Part shown: positions 38,006-49,959 of the stretch, in pieces
Layout of the letters: each line of letters starts with the position of its first letter
Numbering within the stretch: the stretch's first letter is position 1
From: Epiperipatus broadwayi
Taxonomy: Eukaryota > Animalia > Onychophora
Assembly: GCA_028023455.1 (NCBI GenBank)
Contig: JAQFVV010000003.1
Location: 29,822,001-29,886,000, forward strand
DNA length: 64,000 nt
Direction: 5' to 3'
The notes under the pieces: model-generated
What the model was told of the DNA's origin: nothing
The model's input: the letters and a program-made list of their open reading frames with translations, nothing else
Databases searched by the model: none
Position numbers and translations under genes: made by a program

Positions 38006-38510
38006 GGCCTGACCAGTGACAATACTAGCACGGGAATCAAACATGGATCCTTAGATTCTTGAATAATGAATTTTAAAGTAACATTTTAACCAACTGAGTC
38101 ATTCTGCCAAAAGCAAGTCAGTAGAAATTTCATATATTTATCTATGAGGTTTCACATGGTTTTTACATTTTTTCCTAAAGGAAAAGTTGATTAGTGGTTT
38201 CCACACATTATGTATAGTCACAGTAGGTTGACATATGAGGTCCAGGTTTGATTTCTAAGCAAGTACTGTTACTGGTCAGGACAGAAACACCAGAAGAAGA
38301 GAGGAAAATAATACCTCTCGAAACATTGTAAATATTCTAACAGGTGTGCTATTATTGACAGGTGAATGTATTTTGAAAATTTAAATAAAGTTTAATTTTT
38401 CTAAAAAACATTCAATACTCAATACTAGATGATGGAAATAGTCCAATATATAAATACAACTAAAATACCATTATCACAAACCTTCAGGAAAACAGCGCAT
38501 AATGCTAGTT

Positions 38511-39101
38511 GAAATATTTTAAATGCCCCACAGCTATATTATTTCAGCCACCACCCCCTTTTTAAATAATGAAAAGCTTGAATTTTTCAGCCCATTCAAA
38601 AGAAATCTTGAATGTATACTGTAATAGTCTTATATATATATATAAATTTAAGGTAATTAAAGAGTGTAAAAATAAGTCAGCAAACACTTTAACTTGCAAA
38701 CAAACAAACATGTTTAATTTTAAATATATTTATTATTTTAGTGTGACTGAAATAATATAGTCCAAAGGTGTTTAAAATATTTTATAGAGATTTCAGCTAA
38801 TGCTATGCATTGTATTTCTTTATTATATTAGTGTTTGGGGAGTAAAAATGACTATTGTATAGTCTTTATAAGTATATTTAAAATTAAACATGTCTGTTTG
38901 TTTGCAAGTTAATATCTTTTCTGATTAGTTTTCATACTCCTTGTTTACATTAGTTGCATTTTAATATATATATATATAAGACCATTGTAGTATACATTCA
39001 AGAGGAATTTCTTTTAATCGAGCCCCAAAATTCAAACTTATCATTATTTAAAAAGGGTGGGTGGCTGAAATAGTATAGCTGTGGGACATTTAAAATATTT
39101 T
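38511..39101. mobile_element. Fold-back MITE with arms of about 235 bp
   Basis: tttaaatgccccacagctatattatttcagccaccaccc / gggtggtggctgaaatagtatagctgtgggacatttaaa and aacttgcaaacaaac / gtttgtttgcaagtt. Spacer about 125 bp. Confidence 0.85.
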
Positions 39102-40716
39102 AATTGATGAAGGTATAAAACAGTTCTGATGTATGAAAAAAAGTTACACAAAATATTAGCTGTGAAATTCAATGTTTCCCTTTATCACATTGGAATTTAT
39201 AAATCATGTACAACATGCAATCCTTTTATGATTTTCTATTTAATATCATAATAATCATGCTAGATATAAATATAGCTTTACTTCTCACTATATGTAAAAT
39301 ATATAATTGTTAATTAGAGAATATATTAATTAGTATTAAAGTTTATCGGCATAAATAAATTATTTACCCTATTTTCCAAGCTGTAAAGTCATCACCCAAG
39401 CCAACAGTTGGCCGCTGAAGGCAGACGGTGCTAGGAATCCCATGATTGGAAACCCACATTACTGTTCACTGATGATTTTGTTTTAAGAAAAATTGTATGA
39501 AGAGTAATAATTGTTAGATTTTGTGAAAAAACCCATAAACATCACATGATCACCATTTCTTATGTTTGCTCAAAACTGTTATTAAAACGGGGAAAACTCT
39601 CCAACTCTCCATACAGTAGTGTAACTCAGTGCAAGCCAGAGTAATCAATAGATGCCAGAAGGCTTGTGCATAAAATCCCTATCTAGTGCCTACTCAATAG
39701 TGCCTACTCTTGCTATGAGTGGCTCTACTGTATGGAGAGTTTTGCCTGTTTTAGATTTTGTGAAGTTAGAAGAAAAGTGAAGAGATAATTGATTTAAAAA
39801 GTGACCATATACTTTACTACAAAGAGATACTAATATTGGAAAAACAAGCGGAGTGGGATTCATTATAAATAAAAACTAAAATAACAATTGTTGTGTTTAT
39901 GCATGATTTAATATAAACCTAGGCAAATAAAATATGTTTATAATATTTATTGATGAAACAAACATATAATTGCATATTTACATTAAATATAATGTTATAT
40001 ACCTATGCCTGCTACTGTTGGTGAAGTATAGCTTCTAGCTGCCATGCAGCTATAGAAAGAAGGGATTACTGTGCCCTTATAAATCTACCTACCATTTCCA
40101 GATGTACTGTGACAACCTGGTATTTGAACCAAAATACACGAATAACTACACTTATGGGAAGCTGACTGAAACAAGCATAATGATTAAAGCACATATCAAA
40201 ATAACAGAAAAATAATCAGTAGAATAACATCAGAATATCCATAAACTGGCTTACGATCCCTATTTATATATTTTTGACCTGCTTATCAGCCAAAATAGGA
40301 TCCATCTGTAGTCAAATGAATTCTTCAATCTATTGGTTGTAGATAATTTCTGACTCCCGTTTTGGCCTGCAGTTTGATTTTCCCAATCATATCATTTACA
40401 ACTTTTTTATCTTTGAAAAGGATTAATAAAATAACAGCCTAAATTATATCAGATACTCATCTCCTTACTTAATTACTCCGTTTACAAGTATTTTAATTAC
40501 TTTTTCTAAGACTTTTATTTCCACTTTATAATTGTAAATTAAAAAAAAAATTTTTTTTGTTTTAACCTACTTTTAAAAATATATTTATTATTAATTATAC
40601 CATATACATTTATCTGTTCATATAAATTAAATATATATAATTAAAATTGTTTAAACATTTATTTTTGCAATTTTTTTTCTGTAATTTTAAATTAAGCATA
40701 TATAAATATTGCTTCA

Positions 40717-41945
40717 ATACCAAATGTCTAAATGGTAAAGATGTATTAGATAATTAGAAGAATGCATTAATAAAATTGATATTTAAGAAAGATGATAAAG
40801 AAGATATTAGAAATTAGAGACCTGTCATTCTTCTATCAACTCTATATAAAATCTTTACCAAATTAATTATGACTCATCTACAGCAAACTTTAGATTCTAA
40901 CCAACCAAAAGAATAAGCAGGATTTAAAAGTAGTGTTAGCACAGAAATCACATTCATATATTGAGAGAAGATATAGGGGAAAAAAAAGTATGAACTGCCA
41001 TTATGCTTTGGATTTATAGATTATGAAAGGCATTTTATTCTATAAGAATTTTCACAGTGATTAAAGCTTTGGAATATCAAGATATAGATCTGGGATATTG
41101 TCATATTCTGAAGAATACTTATCAAAGTGCAACAGAAATGATTAGATTGTATGATGACACTAAAAATATTTTCATTGATTTTGGTGTCTGACAAGGTGAT
41201 TCCATATTTCTAAAGCTGTTTACAGCAATATTTTGTAGATAACAATGGGAAGCTAAGAGATTAAAAGAAGTGAAGATTATTTAAAACATATAGATTTTGA
41301 GATGATTGTTTTTGAAAATGATTCTTTAAGCCTTCAGGAAATGCTACAAGAGTTATTAAATGAAAATAAGAAAATACATCTAAAATGCCAGAAAAGACTA
41401 AAATAATGTTCAGTGTATTTTCTCAGAAAAAGCAAATAAAGATTGATAATCATGAATGTTAATAATTATAAATATCTTAATCAGATTGGATGGATTGCTT
41501 TTGTTAAAAATAATTTTAAACTAAAATAATAACATGCCTATATGTTTTGAAACAATGATTTTTAATATTTTTACTTATAGTTTTGAAGCTTAATCACATA
41601 ACAGAAAAGCAATATAGAGACTTCAGATCACTCAATAAAATATAAAGAGATTTATATTAGCAGAAACAAGAGAGATTGAAAATAAAATGCATAGTTGAAA
41701 AACAAACATGTGTCATTGATATTATTGAAAGAAGTATGAGACTAAAATGAAACTGGATTGGATATATTTCTATAAGAGATGAACACTTGAAGTCATAAAT
41801 TGGATCTCAAGACATTGTAAAATACACAGAAAGAGATCACATTTAAGAAGGATGAAATTAGGAAGTTTGTTGGTATAGAGAATCTAGGGATCAGTGAAAC
41901 TGGATTAAACTGGGAGAAACCATTATCCTGCAATAAATGATATTA
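40717..41945 (+). mobile_element. 5'-truncated, heavily decayed RTE copy (same family as 11798-14926)
   Basis: Collinear similarity to the RT and 3' UTR of the large RTE (ataccaaatgtctaaatg..., gacaaggtgattccatattt, ...cctgcaataaatgat) with many stops and indels. Confidence 0.85.
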
Positions 41946-42816
41946 GTTGAATGAAACTGACTTTTTCCATGATTATACTAATGTAATTTGTTATTGAAAT
42001 TTTGTATGTCCATATTTGCTTAGACACACATTTTCAATCAAAATTTGATGTGGTTGGGTGATTCCTTAAGTTATCAACCAATAAAAATTAAGAATTTAAA
42101 ATGCATAATTTCTATTTAACATTTATATTGTGACAATTCTGAAAAGCCAATAGCATTTATTTTGGTATACTTGTACTAAATATGATATTTGATTTTTATT
42201 TTAGAGGTGTAGTACAATTTATAATGAGTAATATCTTGAGGCTGCTGTTTGAAAAAAAAAAATTAGACAAAATAGCTGCAAGAATTTGGATTTTTTTAAT
42301 ATTCTCAAGGAAAAATCATTAAGTATTCATTTTAATAATGTTGAGAAAGATTAAAGACAATGTTAATCTGTAAATATTATAAATTTATGGTTTGAAAGAT
42401 TATGTATTTTCATCATATAATAATAATATCAAAAAGATAGTTCTTAATTTATTGCATAATATTTCATGATGGGAACTTATAATATATATATATGAAAAAG
42501 AAAAACAAGTTTTATATATGTAAAACCTGCTATCACTTATATTAATGATCAATAGATGGAGCTTTACCAAGACTTCCAAACAAGCGTATTCTGTTTACAT
42601 AAACGTCAGAGTCAATATTCACTGTCTCTTTCATTTTGCTCCACCCTCAGATCAGCTGATTTGCTCTCATCAGTAAGGGATAGGAGTTATAAAACTAGAC
42701 CTAAACACTAACTCCAAGCGTTTATGCAAAACGTTTCTATCAGTTTGCAAGCATGAATTTTTTAGACACGTTAATGTCTTCAAACTCAGCCTATCAAACC
42801 AGATAGCTATATGGGT

Positions 42817-42857
42817 CTGATGAGAGCAAATCAGCTTGAAATCAGCTGATCTGAGGG
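42817..42857 (+). ncRNA. Hammerhead ribozyme with intact catalytic core but no 5' strand of stem I
   Basis: CUGAUGA GAGC aaauca GCUU GAA AUCAGCUGAU C UGAGGG. The upstream sequence is auggu from the rearrangement junction instead of cccuca. Confidence 0.7.
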
Positions 42858-43225
42858 TGAAGCAAAATGAAAGAGATAGTGAATATTGACTCTGACGTTT
42901 ATGTAAACAGAATACGCTTGTTTGGAGGTCTTGGTAAAGCTCCATCTATTGATCATTAATACAAGCGATACCAGGTTTTACGTATATAAAACTTGTTTTT
43001 CTTTTTCATAAATGTACCTTTAAAGTTTTCTTGCAATGATATAGATTGCAGAAACTTTTACTATGTGGAGAAACTGAACTGATATCAGACCCATATAGCT
43101 ATCTGGTTTGATAGGCTGAGTTTGAAGACATTAACTTGTCTAAAAAATTCATGCTTGCAAACTGATAGAAACGTTTTGTATAAACGCTTGGAGTTAGTGT
43201 TTAGGTCTAGTTTTATAACTCCTAT

Positions 43226-43272
43226 CCCTCACTGATGAGAGCAAATCAGCTTAAAATCAGCTGATCTGAGGG
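43226..43272 (+). ncRNA. Type-I minimal hammerhead ribozyme, G12A-mutated copy
   Basis: Stem I CCCUCA/UGAGGG, core CUGAUGA, stem II GAGC-aaauca-GCUU, AAA in place of GAA, palindromic stem III AUCAGCUGAU, triplet AUC with predicted cut after 43266. Confidence 0.75.
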
Positions 43273-44549
43273 TGGAGCAAAATGAAAGAGACAGTGAATA
43301 TTGACTCTGATGTTTATATAAACAGAATACGCTTGTTTGGAGGTCTTGGTAAAGCTCCATCTATTGATATATATATATATTGCATATTCCTGTATTCTAT
43401 AATGGAATTATCATAAACTGGGAGAATTGAAAGTAACACTATTTCGTAGATGTGAATTTTAAGTGTCTCATGAAAAATACTGGAAAGGAATGTATCTAAA
43501 TTTCTATGATCAACCACATATCAATTATGTGTTTGGCCAGAACCTTTAATACAATGATTCAAAATACCAATGGTTTATTTAATAAAGATCGTTAAAATTA
43601 ATATATAGCATGAAGTTATTGTGAAACATTGATTTGTTTGAATCTTTTTATACAAATAGTGCATACTTTTATACATTTGTATAAATCAAAAATCTTCAGT
43701 TTCATTTTAAAAATGAATGTATTCATATAAACTGTAAAGAAAATATTTTTTTCTTGTATTGTAGTATATAAAGTTGAAATTGATACTATAATATAAATGT
43801 AACATATGTAATCATATTGTTAAAATATCAGAAAGATCTGTACAATCTTTGACAGTCAATCTTATATCAGATATACAATAACTTAAAACAGAAACAATCC
43901 TGTAATGTCAAATAATTCATACTGCAGACTTTTCTAATATAGTTTTAGTCCAATATCATTCACTATGTACACACACATACGTATGTATATATATATATTC
44001 TAACCTTAATTCGAGGAAAGTAGATTGAAGATAATATTGGAAATGAATAAGTAATGCTGATGTATTTACCTAATAATCGCAATAATAATGTGATATATAC
44101 CCAAGCGCCAAATTGTAATTATTAAACTGTAGTGCCCATCAGAGATCATCATCCATGCTTATTACCATAAGATACAATGAAGAAAGTAATTACAAAAGAA
44201 TATATAATGTTAATACATCAAATTTAATTTATTATGGTCTTATTTTTGAACTTAATAATAATTATGTAAATAATTACATAATAAATTATTACTATTAATA
44301 AAATAATATAGGCAACGTTTTTCTACCATTTTATATAGAGATATGATCTCTAGTGGTAATCACAAGAATGTTATTGTATATTTCTAATATATAAATGACC
44401 AGAAATAAATTAGCAATCGACGTAGAGAACTTGTAACTTATGTTTATAATACATAGTAGTAAATTATTATCTAATTCAAACTAATATAAAAGGAAATGTT
44501 ATAAATCCTTCCCATTTAACCATACTACTATTATTTTTGTTCTCAGCAT

Positions 44550-46800
44550 CTATTATTCTTTTCTTAACAATGACAATTATATAACATTGAATGTCTGTGT
44601 TGCATTCTCCTTTATATCTTCATAACTGACAATTCTTAATCTTATTTCCTTAAGGACACATATAGGCCTACAAGAACGGAATGTACATTTTATTCCAACT
44701 AACTCCAGATTACTTATTATTATCATAATAGTGTTTCTAATTTTTAATATTTATACTATTTGACTTCCAAGCTAGCTCTCTTAAATTGAATAATCGAAGT
44801 ACTTTAGTTTCTCAAGATTTTGATCTGCTAATGAAGTGCAATTATTAACTATTATTAATTTATTATGATCCAATAGATATGATCTTCTAAATTTGCTAAA
44901 ATAAAATTTAAGGTGAATTTACCAGTGGGAATCATATTAAATACCAAAAGTAGAAAAGGGATTTTATGTCTACTCTTAATACTCATTACATGGCAACGAA
45001 TTAAATAAATAAGTTTAACATATCTGAATTGATTGTTTTCTCTTATTTTATTTTATTACGTATCATTTTTATGCCAAATTAACTAGTAATTTTTAAATCT
45101 ATGACATTTCATGAATCATGTATCCTATTTATTCACATAAAATGATAGCTCCCTTTTATATATATATATAAAACTTTTCCTAGTTGATATTTTATAGATG
45201 TGAATTATGGAAATCAACAAATATAAACAATTCATAAATTTAAATGTAATCAAGTATTAACACATTGTATTCATGTCACATATATAAAATTGATTATGAT
45301 AGTATATAGTAATATAAATTTTATAAGGCGGTATAAGGTTCAAGATATCCAAAATATTAAAGCATAAAACACAAATATAAGTTTATAACAATAACAAATG
45401 TTTATTATAATTAATTAAGAAAAGAAACAAACATATGTGATCAATACAGTATCATAACAATCTCAAATATTGTATACATTGAATGAAGCAAAAACAGAAA
45501 TTTAATTTCTTTCCAATGAAATTCCCATTAACTACATTTTCAGATTCACAAAATCATTCCAATAAGGTATACTATTTAAGCACTATAAAAAAATGATTAC
45601 TTCCATATTATTTAAATTTCAAAATTAAAACTTAATCATTATTTTGACCTCTGGTTCATATTAAATGTTAATGCACTTAAGCACGAAATTAGAATTCTGC
45701 ATTTTAATATAAATATATTATTGTATAACTTTATCCAATAGCCTATTCAATTTCTTGGCCCACATCACTACAATAACTATAAATTCAATTACTCCAACAA
45801 GCAATAAGATATTTTATTTTTTATGTAAAGATAATATTATATTAAATTTTCTGACCATTCATTAATTAAATGTAATTGTTTGAAATATAAAGCAATAGTT
45901 CTATTTTCATGCCTACTAAATATTCATTGCCCTACCCCTTGTGATCGTGATCATTATGTTACCAGTCTAGCGATGATATTTATTTGGATAGGCTAATATG
46001 TTGCCACAGCTTGTCAATGTTTATTTATACATTTCATAAACTTTGATTACATATCAGCTCATGTATAAATTAAAGCAACTCTCTGTCATCCCCCACATCA
46101 ATACATACATATGGTTATGACCTTAACACTGTCAGAGTAACTTTTATACTACCCCCAAAAAACCATCCATACATTCTATATCACTATGCAGTACTTCATA
46201 ACACACACATTAGTGCCTTTGTAAGGGAAACTAGACAAATTATTCATAACTTTCAAATGTTAACATATACCAGGGAAATGCCTTCTTCCTGAGGCTAAGA
46301 ATTATGTGAGGAACTAGTCTCTGCACATTTACTTTTAAAAGGCATGCAAAACATATTACCACAACTATGTAAATAATTCCCTAATTAGATAATAATTACA
46401 AATGGAACTGGTATCAAGTCCTCAATCTCTCAATACCTGTATACACAATAATTAAATGATAAGATAGCTATTCTCTATCTATTCCTTCAAGGTGGTATGA
46501 TAACTCTACCTCAGCAATAATCAACATTTACAACTTTACATACTCTATGCAGGGTTATCATAGTATTGATGCAAAATGACAAGTTTTAACTGACTCTGAA
46601 TAAAATCCATGAACTACATTAATTTTAAAAGTCAAGCACCCCACAATACTCATCCAATATTTATGATCAAAACAGATCGCATCCACTTGTCAAGGCATAG
46701 CAATGACTATTCAAATTAAATTAACAAATCTAACAATAGGAATATAATTTTGATTTGAAAATTTTATCATATGACAAATATAAGCTTTCAAGCTTTCTCA
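44550..46800 (-). mobile_element. Possible very old L1/Tx1 remnant (endonuclease and RT traces)
   Basis: Scattered minus-strand motif traces: HLIIVYTG at about 46440, AFPW at about 46275, CNTD at about 44595. No open frame. Confidence 0.25.
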
Positions 46801-49800
46801 CTTTTATTGTACATTAACAATTTTTTTTTTTTTTTTTTAAAATTTCCCTATAAATGTTAACTATCTACTAAACATAACAACAAATATATAAATAAAAGGT
46901 AAAGAAATAAATGAATAAAATATTATGCATAGTCTCTTTGGGTTCCTTTGGAGCTAAATTTGAATCTTTTTTGCAAGGTTAATACCAATTTAATGGAAAA
47001 ACACGTGCGTATTGTATATAATCACTATTTACCATTATTTAATCCATGACCATGGCAAACACATTAAATTTATCTCACTTTAGCAATTACTGGAGTACAT
47101 AAGATTATTTTCATCCAGGATGTAACTACATTAATAATCAGTATTATCACATTTAATCACGATAATCCAAAAACTGTTGATAAATAATCCTACAGGTTTT
47201 TTTCATTTTTAAACACTTTTGTTCCCGGGTTCAAATCCAGATTCTTAGTTTAACACATTTAATCTATAACTTTATTTTCCATGCTTCATTTTCTGAGTTT
47301 TTCCTTTTAAGAGGAAATTTTAAACAAAACTAGTGTTATAGATGCTATATTTCCATGTATATTCTAAAGGTTTGATTTCATAAGTGATGAAGAAGATTTG
47401 CCAATCCATTTTTAGCAATTATTTCCTGTACATTTGACAAGCATCACTTGCATATTTAAGGGATTCAACTAAAAAAATATTAGCACATTAATCTTTATCC
47501 TAGTGCGTTTTAACTGCATAGACATGTCACAATAAAAAAATAAATAATGATGAGTATTTTAAATACATCTCCAATTCATTGTATTAAAAATCCAGTTATT
47601 CCTATGAAGTTTTTAATTATGCCATGGATAAAATACATAGTATTAAATGTTTGTTCCTGATATATCTTCTTTTAAATTAAATTTTAAAAGCCAAATATGA
47701 AGATTGAGGTGTATAATGCAATAAAATTTTGTTGCGAATGAATCTTGTCACCATCAATTTTAAAGGAGAGGAAGGCACACCTATCTATATCTTTTAGCCC
47801 TTCATATCAATTTTATAACTATACACTTCTTAAGTTTATCCAACAGTTATCTGAGACAGACGATCAGAACAGAGAATCAAGAATTAATAGTTCCTTAGCA
47901 CTAGCTTTTATAAAAAGAACCTCTGGCAAATTTTGTCCTCTTTTTTATATTGATTTTTATCCCCCTCCTCTGGTATACCTCAGACAACCTTTGACCCCAT
48001 TTATTAAATTTTGATTGGTTTATTGACTTCAATTCTCATTACTTTTATTCTATTCTTCTATTTTTATTTTGAAACATTTTTCCATTTCAATCTAGAGAAA
48101 TATACCACTAAGAGAAAAAAACAATGGTAGATATTTTATTGAAATGATTTTTAATAAATAAATTTATCTAAAACTTAAAATCAAATTTAGAACTGAAAAC
48201 AATAACCAATTCCTTTAAAACCCATACAAAATAATTTTTTTTAATTATACTATCAAATAATACACAATATAATGCATAAATTTCTGCACTTAAAAAAAAT
48301 TTATATATACATCACATACACCAATGCATGCACATATTTATAATACCAAATAATGATCTACTTATTCACATTCTTATTAGTACAAAATTTATCCTTCATA
48401 ATATCCTGAAAATTTAAACTTATTCTCAAGTAATGGAATGTCAACAAATCCTATCTATAACAAGTTCAATTTTTATTCATACTATCATTTTCATTTATAA
48501 ATATTATGATTAACAAGACTTTTTTTGTTTAGACTTATATAAATCAACATTTTTAAGATATTATAATGCGCACAATAGTCAATCCTCTTTCCCTCTACAT
48601 AATAATAATACACTATAATTTTAGATAAAAATGCAAACATACCTTTATCTATACCTTAAATTCAGGCCATACAGTCATCTAAATAAAGCTCTTTACTTTT
48701 CTTGAACTTAAAAAAAAAATTTATTCGGATATAGTTATCTACTAATCCTACTGTTTATTTCCCAATCATTAGTTTTTTTATGAAAGAAACTAAGGGTTAC
48801 AATATGGAAGATGTTCTTTCAGTATAATTTAAAATAGGCTAAATTATCTTATTGCATATTTCACTTATAATTGAGATTTTTCGGATGTGCTAAAATTCTA
48901 AACATATCTTAAGACATAGCAATGAAATCAAGCATATGTTTTACTTTTTTAATAACTGGGAAGATGTTAAAATATTAAAAATAATTTTGAAATATGTTCC
49001 AATCAATCAGATATTAATTACTATATAAAGCAGAGAGCAATAATCTCATTTCAAATTTTAAATTGGTAAATATTATAAATGCTATATTAAATTTGTAATA
49101 TTAATAAATGTATTGAGCATAATTATAATAACTGCAAAAGGTATTCAGGATTCCCTAGTAAAGTTTTAAAATTGTAATATATCTTAAATGTTACTTATCA
49201 TTACATAATATAAATCTCATACTAAATGTATATTTTATTTATATACTAAATTTATCATATATGCTAAATTTTCTAAACACTTTTTGAACATTTTAGCATC
49301 ATAAACAATTCTTTGTACATTTGTATATATTTTAGAAATTAGAGATGTTAACATATCAATTATAACAGTAAATTGTATTTAAAAGCATCATAATATTAAA
49401 CATATAAAGCATAGATAGTAATGTAAAATTTTTGTAATTTAAAAATGATATCAATTACAGAGTTATATATAACTGGATGTACAGGGGGCATGCTAACACA
49501 GTGTGCAATTTGTGCAATACACATAAGTGCTTGGATTGTAGATTCCAAGTGAGGAGGAAATACATAAAAAAATATTCATTAATTATATTAAAGTAAATTA
49601 CAATTTTATTTAAATGTTACTTATATTTTATAGATCATTTTCTTAAGCAAACTATTTATAATCTTATTTGTTATTATTCCTTAAGATTTTATTCTAATCC
49701 TAGTTCTAACAAGTAGTTTAGTATAGTAAAAATTTGAACTTGTGTGAGTTTACTGTTTACAAGATGACACACTTCTGAATCTTGTTTAAAATCACATTTT

Positions 49801-49959
49801 CTCTAAATATGTACAAATGATTTTCTTGCCAAATAAAATAGTTTCATTTTGTACCAATAAATATTTTTGTTTTTATAAAACTAAATTTATCTAGTAATTT
49901 ATGTACAAGGTACAATTCACAAATGATTTTCTTACCAAATAACATACATTACTTTAAAA

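Larger units (their letters stand above)
35330..38492 (-). mobile_element. Penelope-like retroelement: 5' pLTR, RT plus C-terminal GIY-YIG ORF, 3' pLTR, and an inverted partial pLTR
   Basis: Fragments of one ORF from 37863 (EGIVPKGL; IIPADKGNATVLMD; LISFDGKSLFTNVP; YVDD region; HRKPTHIG-like) to CIYPCECGRIYIGET at about 35900-35950. Direct repeats 35330-35715 and 37840-38225. Inverted copy 38238-38492. Confidence 0.92.
42493..43367. mobile_element. Hammerhead-bearing repeat arranged A-B-A'-spacer-B'-A' (inverted triplication)
   Basis: 42493-42673 is the reverse complement of 42817-43010. 42674-42820 is the reverse complement of 43086-43231. 43232-43367 repeats 42817-42953. Ends at an (AT)n tract. 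Confidence 0.85.

Noticed and set aside
47730-48060. Solo LTR (tgttgcg start, TATA-like tataaaaag)
   Set aside because: No matching ..CA terminus or TSD could be identified.
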